The notes under the pieces were generated by a model. The model saw only the letters and a list, made by a program, of their open reading frames with translations. It was not told the DNA's origin and did no database searches. Both the position numbers and the translations under genes were made by a program. A DNA stretch of 64,000 nucleotides from Basidiobolus meristosporus CBS 931.73 (Eukaryota; Fungi; Basidiobolomycota). Below, in pieces: positions 11,788 to 25,946 of the stretch (positions are counted from its first letter, which is position 1; the number at the start of each line of letters is the position of its first letter). The stretch covers positions 1 to 64,000 of the forward strand of contig MCFE01000218.1 in assembly GCA_002104905.1 (NCBI GenBank), in the 5' to 3' direction.

Positions 11788-14700
11788 AAAAAGAATGGTA
11801 TAGTGAATATGCAGTAAATGGGCAAATGCGACATTCCAGGGAATTTATTCACCACGTGTACCAGAATCTCGGGTCCCTCGGAAATCCCGGAATAATATCG
11901 GTTGCCTGTCTGACATTGAAAAGGTTCTTTCGATGGAGAATCCTGGTTGGTACTTCCTGGTTTCACCTAGGGCTAGTTATGAAATTCTAATCAACTCACG
12001 CAGTGAGAGCAAGCCATATAGTAGCTTATCTATGCAGCACATCTGGGGGGGGGCAACCGAACAAGACCCAATAAGGCCAGGAAACATACGACATTGCTTA
12101 CCAGCGAGTTATTTGTGAGAGGGTTGGCCAAAAGCGCGCTGTACCGTGAGTCTGCGGTGGTCGCCTCTTACTACCTCGCCAACAGCAGTATCTATACAGC
12201 CAAATCATGGACGGTTGGCGGCATCAAGCTTCATGCAGTCGCGTGGGAATTTCCGTTTTCCACAAAGTTTGGGCACCACAATTTCCTTAACACACCCTTG
12301 GGTTTCTAGTCAGTGCACCATCGACTCAAGACATATCACCACGACCACCAGATATAGGGTCCATAGGACTACAACTCAATGCAATACACCCGCCAGATAT
12401 GGAATTTTTCAAGGATTCATTTGACATGCTTGGGGACCCATTTTCAGCCCAATCTTGATGCCATTCCTGCCCCTCCCCACTTAATGTCAGATGGTGCCCA
12501 TCCTGTATGTACGTGACTCCAATGCTTGGTGGCTTTGCTGTGAAACCATGTGATCTATGAGGTCACAACTATAGTAATGGGTCCGGGATTTCCCAGACTC
12601 TTCGTAGGAGTGAGTGGATTAAGGCGGAGGTCTCTGGAGACCAATGTGGCCACACGCGCAGTGTATCGTGTGTATTCAGTGAGCATATCTGGTGATACGT
12701 GTCTCGGCAAAGCTCCGAAGACTGAATCTTAATCCAGATGCGTCATGAACTCTGGGTAGTCGGTCATGTATATCCTGTCGTATTTGTGTGCCCGGAGATT
12801 CCAGTGGACCAGCATTGAGACGTTCTTGGAACCACCTTGCTTAAATGAGTGGAACTTGGCGCGTATACCCCCTAAGGTAGGCTACGATTGTTGGGCAGGT
12901 CCACCTTGGCTCCAGAAAGTTGTCATACTGAGGTAATGACCAATTAGTTGGCTGGAAATCGGCTTCGACTTCGGAGCTGTAACATATCCGCTTACATTTG
13001 TGGAGATGCCTGCCTTATAAACTATCTCTTTCCTCGCTTCAACTATGCAAACATTATCTCCACCCCCAGCATATATTAGTAGAATGACCTCATCGATTGG
13101 TGGCTTCAGGGCGTGTGAACTACCGAGAATCATCCTTCATGCAAATGGTGGTGGCATCCCTTTGTGCAGATCTTTGCCACTGCTTATGTTATGCTTGCAG
13201 AGGATTCACTTCTTTCTGAGTAAGATCCCCGGATGGAAGCCACATCTTTTCGGAGCTCCTGGGTGAATGGGCCATGGCATATCGTTGAGTAGTCTATGCA
13301 CCTGATGTGGCATGACCTTAATCTCTGTCTGTCTACAATTTATTTACAGTGGCTATGCTGGTAATTCCACTCGAATTGAGTTGGGTTGGAAGCATTATGC
13401 AACGTCATGAGTAGAACCATGCTTCCTGAAAGGTCTGGAAACAGCTCCTCGATTATGAACCATCAGTCTCCTCTTCCTCCGTAACCCTAGACATGACAAG
13501 GTTACAATAATCGGGTTGCCTGATTGCATAGAGATCCTAGCTCCGCCACACTTCTATAATCCTGGGCAATGAACCCGCATATACTCTCGAATGGATTTCC
13601 GTCAATTGGACGAAGTATCAAGCACCCGGGCATATATATACATACAGTTGAGAGAAATTCCAGCCGCATTCAAAGTAATACGGCCTGCCTAACTACATAT
13701 GTGCGTCTCTAGCTGATCCGGTATACGGCTTTGCCTTTGACTGTATAATTGATCTGGCAGCAGTTTTGCTTTTCTTAGAAGTGATACTGGTTAATCATAT
13801 GTAATGATCTCATACCTCTTCAATGCGCTTTAAAATTCATTGTCTTTTCAATGTTTCTTGGTACACTCTCAAGCCACCTCCGAGTCCCAATTTTACTTTC
13901 TATGAACCCGATGTTGGATGCTTACCTACCAAAATAGAGATGCCGCACACAAGGTAGGAAAACCATTCCAAAACAGTGGAGTGTGAGGTTTTGTTGAGCT
14001 TGTTGCAGATGCCTTACCAGAGTATGGTGGCGCTGGATTCATATCGACTCCGAATCAAATCGCCGGCAGTCACCAACCAACGCGTTGGGTAGTAAATTGG
14101 TTGGAAGATGGCTGGAAATGGTAGGAACACCATAAAAAACAAGAAACCCTAAGGTTCATCTTTTCTCTGGGATCAATATGTTACATTCTGTTCTTTCTGC
14201 CAATCCCAGTGCAGGTTAAGGAACTTACTGAACCAAAGTATTTTCATAAACGCCGGGAATTGCCATTCAGGTGGTGGTGTAAAGACAAAACTCTCAGCGG
14301 GAAACTACTGAAAACTACAAACAAACCCTGAATGCTCAAACTATACTTCCAAGCTCTCTACTCAACTTGGTTCAGATTTGACTTGGGTGGAGGGGACAAA
14401 TATGATATATAGCAATCAAAACCCCACACCTACTAATCATCATGCCAACATGTGCATCTTTGTTCCTGTGTCTCATAATATTTACTCCTATGCAAAGTTC
14501 CACATGTGCAGCACATAGCATATGCCCCAGATTTCTCCCATATATGCCATGTCAGATCTTGGTTATCCAGAGCCAGGCCATGCTTACATAATTGGTTCTG
14601 AAAGGGAAACAGTAGGGCATAAAAGCATGGATCGAGCGGACCTGTTATGGGAGTCTCAGAATGAGAAACGGGGTTACTGCAAAACTGTGGTACACTACAT

Positions 14701-17700
14701 GTTTGCAAATTAATTTATCCTTTTCTCTGGACAAGCAATATATGCCGTAAAGCGAGCATATGTGCCCAGCTTAGAACGACGAAACTGGGGCATAAGGGCA
14801 TCCACGTCTCTCTGCGATATTTCTCGAAGACTCTACTGACCCATAGGCAGCAACTAATTCGCTGGCAACCACCAAGCACGACCCATCGACAAATTACTCG
14901 CAAGGAAAATAAGAGGGGATGGCCACTTGACCAGAAGAAAAGGGTCCAACTTAATCACATCAAGCAGAGCGGTGGAAGGCCTTGATTCCATGACCAACAG
15001 GAAGGATCAAATGGTGCACAGTGTTTAGAGATCCTCATTTGGCCGAGTTTGGTGAGAGATAAGCACTCTAGTGAACAACTGCATCTAAGATCACGGATTA
15101 TCTAACCATCAGCTTCAAAGAGTACTGGCAAAAGAAAAACCAGATTCGTTCTGCGCCTCTGCTAAACCACAAAGGGCTAATTATAGCATTGGGCCCGTGG
15201 GCACTAGAGGCATCTCAGTTTGGCTGTTAAAATTACTCATCGCCCACAAGCACGATTGATGGATACACATGTTTATTGTAAATTAACTGCCAGTGAAACG
15301 ATTGGGATGCACCCAGCAGCTGATTGGCCGAGGCCCCAGTATCAAGATAGAAAACTATTAGGGAAACATGATACCACCGGAAGCCATTTGATCAACCACT
15401 TGGATGACATGAGGCTGGAGGATGATTCGTTGTTTGTAGCCACTGCAATAAGTAGGAAATTGGTCGATACAGTGGTCACAGAGGCCACCTAGGACACCAG
15501 ATCAACAAGCGGACCATATTGGGTGGGTGGGTAACCTCCCAGGTCTAGATTCGAACGTGCCGATGGGCAGACGAGCGATCGCCACCAGGCTGAAGTTGGG
15601 GGGCACCAGACAGCAGCCAGCGACCAATAACCAAACCGAAGCCTAGGGAGACTTGCTGAAGCTCCATGAGATTCACCCAGCACTTGTAAGCCTTTGGATC
15701 CGCCGTTTTGTCAGGATGGCACGGGGGCCGCTGATTCGCCGGATCCAACTTCCAGCGGGCCAGAGGCTAAAGTAAAATTAATATGTTTTGTGCGACAGAA
15801 TCCGCAGGTCTAATTTCCAACAACTGCTGAACGAAGCGCACCAATTTGGTGTTAGACAAACCAGCGAATGTCTGATCTACCCGAAACCTTAAATGCTCTT
15901 ATGGAAAGCCATTGTCATGGAGTCTTGGGCGATGCTATGTGCCTCTTTGTTGAGGTGCACCCAGCGGTGGAGCAGGTAACTGGGCGGAATTCAGGAAACC
16001 CGGAGTTCAGGTCTTGGATTTCGAGGCGGATTCCAGTTTGAAATGAACGTGAAGGGCGGGCGATTGGGGATGGTTTCATCAGAGATATGCACCGACTTGC
16101 GCTGCCAGTACGATCACCCATGGATTTGGCTTGAATTGAGCGGGGAGATCTTGGAGTGGCGGATTGAATTGAATTGGGCCGGGCCGATCATTGGCTGAGG
16201 GCCACTTGCTAAACTGCGCGGCGAAACCTCAGCTTGGAATGTGCTGCGCTTCTTCTCACATTCCAATCCTCCAGGCGGGATGCTGCCAGGTCCTGTAGGC
16301 ATAGACACTCGACCAGCAGTTGTAAACATTACGTAGGGCCGGGGGATCTGGGCGTCTGATTGGGTCGGGGCAGCCATTCAATCATCTAGGTTGATTCATT
16401 TCCATGAATGGTGAGCTGGTAACCATATTCATCCAGGGTGAAGTCTGGCACAGGTAGCAGAGATATACGAAATCCAAGATAGCAATCATATCATAGGTTA
16501 CCAATACAAGTGGAACGGCGGTTCGACTTCCCATGCTGCTAAATTGAGCCAGATGGGCTCAACCCACCTGTTTGACACAGGTATGCCACAGGTTCGACTC
16601 TAATTACTGCGTATGGTGTGTTTAGATGATTCCCAGGCTATCTGAATAAATTTCGGTTCAAACCCGTGTTGGACGTGGATTGCCAGATTACTAATATTAC
16701 ACCTTGTGGCTGATGTTTCTGTTCATTGGAACTCTTCGTAGCATCCAGGATTCTCAGTTGATTCAAGTGGATCCGATTCGAGCCCGGGGGAGCTTCCCAG
16801 GCGAATGTGGCATGCATCGGACGAATGATGAATGCCGGCCGGGGTCGTTGAGGGGTGGCCACCTCACCCTTGAAATGGGCCCACTGCTCTTGGTTTTTGG
16901 CTCGAAGATCCCAACAGGACATCCACGGATTGCTCCCACCACGACCGGCTGCGGCCAGTTCTACAAGGTACCAGCTGAGTTGCCCGTAAGGGGCCGTGCC
17001 TTGCTGTCTTCCGAATATTTAGATTGGAACTCGAGCGTCTGCTGGATCTGGAATGCCCCCTGTTGATTGTTGTGGCCTGAAGAACCAGGTACCTGATCTG
17101 TTGCAGGGATCGTGGTTCTTTCCGTAGCGTTCACCAGCTTTGGAGACTCTGGGTTGTACTCGCCGGCACCGCTACAGAGGTGATTTTCATGTTCAACAAG
17201 CCCCATGGGATGATCTTTGCCATGAAGTAACCCAGAATCCAGGGCGGCATGTAGCTTAGGGGCTTAGCTCTCATCGCTGCTCCCAATGCCGCCCTAATGA
17301 TTGGGATTCCACCGACACATTCATCCTCTCTTCGCGCTGATTGGCCAGCTGATCGGCTAGAGTTACCAGGTAAATGCTGGCAAGCATGAGCGAGGTGTTG
17401 GCACCAATCCTGGCAAGGTCGGAAAAAATCAGTGTTTAAGTAGATTTGTGACGGGTGATTGGCCGGGAGATAATCAAGAGTAACCCACCAATTCATCAGA
17501 ATAGGGCCATTTGAAGCCATTGGTGTTGTAGTCAACAAACGCACCATCCTAACGGTGACTGCCATTCCGCCTTTCCTGGATCAGTTCCTGAGGGTTTACC
17601 AAATGAGGTAGTGATGAATTTAGCTCTTCCATTTATCAAAGTATGTGTGATCTGGTCAGCGTCATCAATCACAAACATCCTCATAACATATGATGCATCC

Positions 17701-18804
17701 AAGCGCTGCGAACAATTCGAACTGCATCCAACACGAGGAAGATCACAGTGTGTTGAACAGGTGGGGATTCACTACCAACCAACTCGGTCGGGTGACTGAA
17801 ACGTATCCGTCACATCGCGAAACCTGGCTATTTTCAAGGCCACTGTCTCCTCCGCCGGCCAGCCCTTCCCGCCCGTCCCGGCAGCGTGCGGCAGGATTCC
17901 GGGCGTAGAACGCTCGCCCTCGACGGCGCGAGCAACTGGCCTGTCTACTCTCCGGAAATGCAAAGTGAGCAACCCATCGTACGACCCACGCTACTGTACG
18001 ATCGCAATAATTCTGCTCACCGCATACTCGTACATTTTAAGGGGTATGGGGGTACATGATACATCCAACAGCAACAAATGGCCGTGATCTGGAGGAATCC
18101 CATCATATCAAGCGAATCTTCCAGCCTATTGCCTAGAACGAGGGAAGCATCAGATCAGCGATATCATCCTCAATCCTCAATCCTCAGTCTTCAGTCCCCA
18201 TGGAGCCAATTGGTATCCTCATTAAAAGACCATCTTGGCAGGCTCAGGTTGTAAGATGGTGAAAACCGTGATCGGGAAAATGGTCATCTTGTGTAATAAT
18301 AAAAGGAAATCCCAAACTTTAATTAAATACTTCGGTATGATACGACAGGTTCTTGAATTCTAGTGACAATTAGCAGGGCGACCACAAGGATCGGATCCGA
18401 AAAAGGGGCAACGGATCCTGAGGAATCCCAAAAAAGGGGAAGTGGAATTTCGAACCCCTTATCCCTTTGGCCAGCGATTATTAGGATTAGGTTGGACACT
18501 GATTCTGAAAAAGTCAATTAATTGGCAAATATATTGTGCTCCTCAAGCGCATTCTATTTAAGATGGCACGAATTCCCTTTCAGAATCAACTATTACTCAG
18601 TCTCATTACTCTACTGCAGCATCACTAGTACCATTGTTGATTTTGAGTTAACCATCATTTGTTCTTTCCCTACGTTCACACTTCGGTAACAACCCTTCCG
18701 CCTGGGTTGATAATTGCTGTTCATTCCTGCCCTGTGTTGTTAAATTTTGTACTGATCCCATAGATTACCACTCATTGGAACACATCGAACAATCTACTCA
18801 CGAC

Positions 18805-20581
18805 ATGTCTTCACCTTTCCCGTTTTCCTCCCCCACCCAAGTGTCACATTTCATCCATGGAAACTCCCAGAACGCTGCGGAGCGTGACAACAACGGCGTG
18901 GGCCCTGAGCATACCGCAACATCGTACGGGTCTCCGACTCCCAGCCCGTACTTCTCCCCATACTCCTCCAACTTTCAATCTCCTACCACAAACAACCCGT
19001 TCATTGGCGTGAACTCGCCAAGTAACTTTGGTCATTCCATGCCCATTAGTCTCCCCATACAGGATTCTTATTACAGTGGAAATACGCCCACCCAGTCGCC
19101 TCAACTCTACAGCCACCCCTCTATGGCCGATTCTCCCAGAATGGGGTTCCCCACCAATCCTTGGTCGCCAACTACCTCATGGGCAAGTAGTATGCTCCCT
19201 GCGAGCATGAACAGCTCTTGGCTGGGCCTTGCTGGTATGGGTTTTCCTGGGCAAACACGCCCGAAGCTGACTACCACTCTTTGGGAAGACGAGAACACCG
19301 TATGCTATCAAATTGACGCCAAAGGGATCTGTGTGGCTCGTCGACAAGGTAAGCAGCACTACGTATACCAATTTTGAATCTCCACTAACTTGTCCGATAC
19401 AGACAATGACATGGTGAACGGAACCAAGCTGCTGAACGTCACCGGAATGTCCCGCGGAAAAAGGGATGGCATCCTGAAAAACGAGAAAGGAAGAGTGGTG
19501 GTGAAAGTTGGTGCAATGCATCTCAAGGGGGTTTGGTAAGTAGCGACCTCTGTTGAAGCAATACATCGCCGGGACGCGATGCTAACTTTCCCGCTTATCG
19601 AATAGGATTACCTTCCAGAGAGCTAAAGCGCTGGCTGCTCAATTCAAGATTGCTGACTTGCTGTATCCCTTGTTTGCGGATGATCCATCCCCATTCCAGT
19701 ATAATCCACATTGTCCACCAAGCGTTGGTAGTCCTCCGATGTCCGGCGCTCCCAGCTCACACTCCTACATGGGTAACCTAAATGGGCCTGTGCTCCAACG
19801 TAAACCGCAGGCTCCTTATGACAACTCCATGGCCCAGTTGTCCATCAGCAGCCCAAATATGTACACCCAACAAGGCCAGTCCACCGCGAGCTCAAACTCC
19901 TGCGAGTTTCTGAGCGCAGCAAGCCAGGTGGTGGCCGGGGAGAATCAGAACCCCAACGCCCACGGTACACCAGAAAGCTATTCAAAGCTTTTAGGGAACC
20001 AGTTCGTGCCACCTGGTGAGCCAAGCTCCAGAACCAATGAGACGGCTGGGAAACTCCAATCCGCTTCCAGGAAGCGGGACGGAGATGACCAAGAGGAAGG
20101 TGGAGTTGGAGGTATAAACTACTCGAACGGTGGTGGACTGGGAAGGCCAGTCGGAAACCCGCATAGGAACTTCGCGACTTTTCCCTCACCGCTCACTTTG
20201 TCCCCCAGCTCGCTTCCATCGCCCTCCATCACCCAAACCAACCCGAACTTTCACAACGACATGTCCCTTGCCATGAGCAAGGGTATTAAGCTACCAGATT
20301 CGGACAAGTTCAAGCCCCAGGAGAATACTGACTCCAAGGAGCATGACAGCTACACCGGAGCTCTCCATGTAAATCATTCCCATGATAGACCGCTTGCCTC
20401 AACCCCATCCATCAACCAAGAATCGCTTGGGCTGTTACTTGAGACCCTGAGCCCGCCCGAAAGTGAAACGGAGAATTTCTATGAAACCAACAACACCCAG
20501 TACGATGCCGGATACGACAACGATTCCAGCATGTCGCAACGCTTCAGTTTGCCCCAGACTGTAAAACAGTCACAGTCGTGA
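18805..20581 (+). CDS. stuA: APSES transcription factor, StuA/Sok2/Phd1/Efg1 clade, 3 exons
   Basis: Exons 18805-19347, 19403-19535, 19606-20581. Spliced domain [91 protein letters not shown]. The symbol is clade-level, not proven orthology. Confidence 0.94.
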
Positions 20582-23500
20582 GGGCCTTTGTAGAAAGAAA
20601 GCCAAGCTATTTTCATTGCCTCATTACTACCTAATCATTAATCAGTTTGCCAACCACCACACCCAACCAATCTTCGAAGGTAACGGAAGTGCCCAGCGAA
20701 CGGCGGAAGAGGCGGGCTATCTTTCCAGCCAAGCGCGCGAGGAGAACCTACCTTACATACCACCTAAGACCAAATGTATTTTCCCCTCTTTATTTTAGAT
20801 GTCACTATTTTCTCTGTATACAAGTTCATTGAAGTTGGCCGGGGGGAGGGAGAATGTTTTCAATGCTCGAAACGATGCTCAGTGGCCGAGTTTCTCTGTT
20901 GTCTACCAACATGTTTTTATAGTATCTTCGTTCCTCAATGACTATATACTTGACTTGCGGTTGGAGAGATCCTCTTGTTTGGGAGTACGGGACGGGCGAT
21001 ATTGTCAAAGTGTATATAATCACCTATAAAGATGCATGTACCTCGATCCTGATTGGCCAGGCCCTCAGCTCCAAGGGTGTCGAAACAAGATCTGCTGGAA
21101 CATTGGTCCGCTATCCACACACCCTAACGGAATCCACCTCTAGGCTCGACCAGTCGCACAGCGGCGATTGCGATAAATTGCATTCAGGCAGCAATCTCCG
21201 CAAGCATCATCCAGGTCCGTTTTGGAGAGAGGGCTGCATTACCCAGGGCCGATGTGATAGGCGGCAGGGTGGTCACAATCGATATTAGGGGATGATGAAG
21301 GACAAAACCATCCAAAGGTTTCAGAGGCGAATTTCACCATGAAATGGTGTTTTCACCAGGCTGGTCGACCGGTTCCAACCAATCCGTTACACCAGCCCGT
21401 CGATTCCAGATCATCTCCAGGATCGTACGGGCTGAGGATGCACCGCCCCGACAGTCGAACTCTGGCTCCCTTATGGTATGCCGGCGGGTGGATCTCCTTT
21501 GCCTGGTTGATGTACGGAGTTGCAAAGAGACACCTGCGCAACCCATGGGCCAATCAGTCGATTTGGGCTTTGGTCACTTGCAAGCTTATTTCCTTTCGAA
21601 TCAAATGACCAATTCTGATGGCTTCGTGTCACTCGCTCCCATCTCCCATCCCACCCATGTCGCCTTGGGGGGGGTTATTAAATGAATGGAAGGTTACTTC
21701 GAGCCGGGCGCACCATCAGATGTTTACACTTAATAAATTTCCTTCCCAAACGGGTCCATCCACAAGGTGCTTGGGTTGCTCCTTTAGTCCATCTGCAAAC
21801 CAACCGTCATTCGCTGCCTGATTTGGGCGGAGAATCGTCTCTGTGCATGTATGACCAATGCGGATCCACCCTGGATACACTAGCGTCTGGTTGGGAAGCA
21901 TCTTGCCTAATTGTCCACTGACCCATCCACGCTGACCTAACCGTGTTTCGAATGGTAATCAACTTTGACACACGGTATTCAGAGAGGGATAGGTCGGCGT
22001 TATGTGGTATCCGTGTGATGCGATTCATATATGGCCACAAATCAAGTGCTGCCGGGTGTGTCCAACGGTTTCCTCCCAAAAGGGGTCGCCCACTCCCAAG
22101 CTCTAACTTCATTAAAGCTTGTGCCACGGCAGTCTATCCATTGTTTAGTCCCGTCGACGACCGATAAGGCTGAACGTTACCACTCCCGCTGAAGTCGTGA
22201 GTCCCATCATGCGACGAATGCTCTCACAGCCCTGATGGAGGGGAGACCGCTTTCGGGAGGGGCGGTTTCCTCTACGACGCACTGGGGCTTATCCATCGGA
22301 GCAGTGGCGATTTCGCTGGCCTGCCATGGATGATAGGCTACGCATTTGTTGTCATCAGAGATTGAGGAGAGTGGGAGGGGGGGGGGTGAGCTGATGATGT
22401 CTGGCTAGTTTCAATCCCAGCGTGGTACTGGATCCTATCAACCAAATCCTTCCATTTGCTCACATGACCACCCACCACAGAGCCCTTTTTAAACGTTTGC
22501 TCAAACTCCTATGCATGGAGTTGGCTGGATGCTTGTCCCTAACATCACCACTAACTTAGGGTCTGTCGTGACGGAACTGATGTAATTAAGCTTCCTGCTG
22601 CCTCAAGTACGTCACTGGGTTCCTTACGGCGTCATTCGCTCTGGTTGCCGCCTCGAGTAGTTCCACCAAACAGGGATATTTAAACATATTTGGCAGTAAT
22701 CAGAAGGGATCAGAAGGAAGGCCATTGGGCCAAGAAAGATGATTGCCTAATCTGGTCATGATTGCTCATTGGGGCTCATTAGGAATCTTGGGGAGGGAAG
22801 TCGACTGACTTGGTGTTAAGGTACCAAGATGGACCAATGCGGCAGCATCGGTTGGATTGCTGGCCATTTGCCTCCATTTGGACAACCGCCGAAAATCGAC
22901 CTACGGTACCGGGTGAATACAACCGGTTACACCTTTTTTCAAGTGATGCCCGAGTATCATACACGTATGGTGTCCATCTACGAGTGAAGCTAACTACCCA
23001 TACGGAGGCCACTTTCCATAGGTCAAGCCAAGGGGTACAGAAGCCCAGCGACAACCAGGCCCATTGGATTCATGGCCTCGGTGGCGGGACGGCGGGTGGG
23101 GATTGGTCGACAATGGTCAGAGTTCGTTAGCGATGTGGATGGTCGTGTTTGGGGAAGTGGAATGTTTACCATGTGGGATAGATGGAGAGTTCATTGGTGT
23201 AATTACCCGCACTGGATGCTGATGGAACAGGAACGAGTTTCTACGGGGAACGTCCGAGTCTAGAGAGTGTCGACTGAAAGCGGGAACCAACAACCTTTGG
23301 GTGACAATTCACCACAGCATGCAACACCGCAAAGCCCTTTGCCGATGCATGCCTTATCGGTAGGCAGTTGCTACAAATTCGCCTTGGAATCCTTCGGATC
23401 CTCTGAGCTTCGTGCGACGGGGAACCTGCTGGACGATGGCCTCGCCGCTCCCTTGACACGACCACGACCCATATGATACCGAAACAACCCTCGCTTCCAC

Positions 23501-23934
23501 TGGGCGCTCGCGATGGGCAACACCTGATGATCATGTCCCGTCACTCTTGGTGGGTGTGAATTTGGCCCGGAATGGATAATTGAGGTCGATTCCATGACCA
23601 TCGGTGGACCACCTTGAGATATGTCAATTCCCAATCAGCGGGATACATTGTCTCCAATGGCTGGTGATTGTTGCCTCAGTATTGGGCATTCTGTTGTTAA
23701 GTCAAATTGCAACCAACATGAATAAAAGGTGTTTATAGCTGCATTTACCTTTGTGTCAAACCCAAACTACTAACTTGATGCTCAAAAGTTAAGACACCAA
23801 GGAATACCTGGAAGACATTGGAAGACATCTATCAGTATATTCAGCTACCAAGAAAGCTTATCTTATACAGGGATACCTTACTACCAAGATGCATAAGGAG
23901 GATAAATGTGAAATCTAACTGACAGAATCACCTG

Positions 23935-25946
23935 CTCTATGAAAAAGCAATATTGTATGGCTTATGGATCCAATCCAGACTGTCTGTTAGAATCCCACAG
24001 GGAAACCACTGTAGTACTGAAAGCTTGGAGCTCTTGACCCTGTCAATGGGATTGTGTTGGGATCTCAACAGTGAATACTCTCTAGACTGCCCTAATGCTT
24101 GATGACATTGTTTTAGCAGAGCCAGACTGGCTAATACACCTAATTACCATCTATGGTAAGAGAGCCAAGGTGTTCTGGCTGCCTTATGGCAGAACTCTAA
24201 TGGCTATCAGATGGCCATATGATGACTAACTGCTGCTTCTGTATAAATTTACCCAGTTGCATTTCATTTGTCTACCTTTCCTCATGCCATGCATATTTTC
24301 CCACTGTGGAAGTATGCCTTATTACTATATTACCCACCATTACTGTGAGTACTCCACTTATAATTTACATCAAATATAATATGGCCACATATCAACAGAA
24401 ATCTACATTCATGCACACCTGAAGCAATTAATGCACATCCATCACCTCTACTCTATGGCTTTGGACTGCAATACTTACAAAGCTGACATATGTCTCTTGT
24501 TGCTGCCAACATATACATCTTGCATACATTTGCTTAGTGGTCACATCTTTGGCAAAGAATACCCCCCCAATATCTACAAAATACTTCTCAGTGCTTTGGT
24601 AATAAACTACATTTCCCTGATGGATTATGGTCTCACTTATATATGTGAACTCCTACTCAACTTTGTGTTAGTTTTATTATGAAAGGTGCAAAAATTTGCT
24701 TGTAACCAGGAGATACCTAGACTGCTTTTGTAACAATGGCACAATAAGAAGTTATTTGCTTATTGCTGCAAACCTGGCCTGGCCTTACTTGATAGACTTG
24801 TTTCATTGTACCATGCCAGGGTATAATGTATAATCCGCAGCCTTTATGAATGATTGGGTGCAAATATATAACTTTTAGTATGCAGGATTGCACTTCAAAA
24901 ATAATATAAAAGGCAATAAATGTATATTACACTACAAGCTTTACTGGTACTTACTATTTTGATTAACATCATTCTGATAGAATGGGTTGTCAGTGGTTGA
25001 TGGGTCTAAAACTATCCTGAAGCTGTGAGCCTCTAGTTGGTCTAGTGGCCAATATACAAGCAACCGGATTTGCCATGAAGTATCCTATTTTGCTTATTAA
25101 GCAAATAAATCCCTGGTTTTAGTGATTGGACAAGGGGTCAAAGCTGTTACACAACCAATGTAGTAGCTGCAAGAGAGATAAATGGCTGCACTGGTGTTAC
25201 AGAAGATATATGCATATGCACAATGTTGATGTATAAGAGCTCTGTCCCAAGTGTAATATGGCTTTGATATTACATATTTCTAAAATTTAGTGATTACTGG
25301 TTTGCAACAGTAAGATTGATTCCTGAGAAATACCTGCCTTTTTTGGACCATGACAAATCTCAGCAACTCAATGCAGTTAAACCATCTTCTCCTAATTTTC
25401 TCTTTTAGTGTTTACTACAGATTTTTGCTCTGATACTGTAAGATGGGTGGCATATTCAAGTTGATGAGAATTGGTAGCCAGTAGGATTTGCGGATAGGGT
25501 ACTTGCTTAATAACAGTCCATCAAGTGCCAAGGCAATGGCATGGTCACACATACCTTTGGAGTAACCCTTGCTTCTTAGTTATTTTTAATGCTTGCCATT
25601 GAATACATTTGAAATGTTTACACATATGTGCTACTAAGTGCAATATAGAGCTTTACAACATTTGTAGGACCGCACAAGTTTTTTTAGATAGATTTTACTG
25701 GAATATATTGGGAGTGCAAACAATGCTCTCTGCTTATGATGTTGGATTTCTAACATGTTGAACACTGTGCAATGGTGGCCTTTTTCCATGTGAATGCCAT
25801 GCAACCATTAACACATGCTGGTTTCAGATAGTCTTTGGGTAATATGTTGCCAGTTGCATGATGGTAGTTCATTTACACCAGCTGCATAGTGAGTTGCATC
25901 CCAGAATGATGTTTACAAAGTGTAGCAGTAAAACCCCTAAGCCTTC
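23935..25946 (-). mobile_element. Old, internally deleted CACTA/CMC copy (host H), continuing at 39632-39736
   Basis: Decayed terminus ctctatgaaaaa at 23935. 24200-24600 resembles the left arm of copy A. Transposase remnant ..LKPACVNGCMAFT at about 25780-25850. Joining 25946 to 39632 restores sequence matching about 35450-35500. Confidence 0.7.
24794..25320 (-). mobile_element. Decayed inverted right-end fragment of the Harbinger-superfamily element
   Basis: agacttgtttcattgtaccatgccaggg matches the reverse complement of the 43139 terminus (agacttgttccatcgtgccgtgccaggg) with CpG>TpG/CpA changes. Similarity to about 42500-42900 continues to about 25320; the right end is approximate. Confidence 0.75.

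Noticed and set aside
12730-13270. Possible methyltransferase-like exon (YDNFLEPRWTCP..)
   Set aside because: The expected following GDGGK-type motif is absent and the frames do not join through consistent splice sites.
17131-17565. ORF-track entry labelled + strand (MAVTVRMV..)
   Set aside because: The protein reads from the minus strand (CAT at 17563-17565, TCA at 17131), so the label appears wrong. It has no recognisable motif, so it is not called as a gene.
2363-23634. Numerous 60-200 aa ORF-track entries antisense or out of frame to the called genes
   Set aside because: They are shadows of GC-rich coding exons or chance ORFs (many with TTG/GTG/CTG starts) with no domain evidence.
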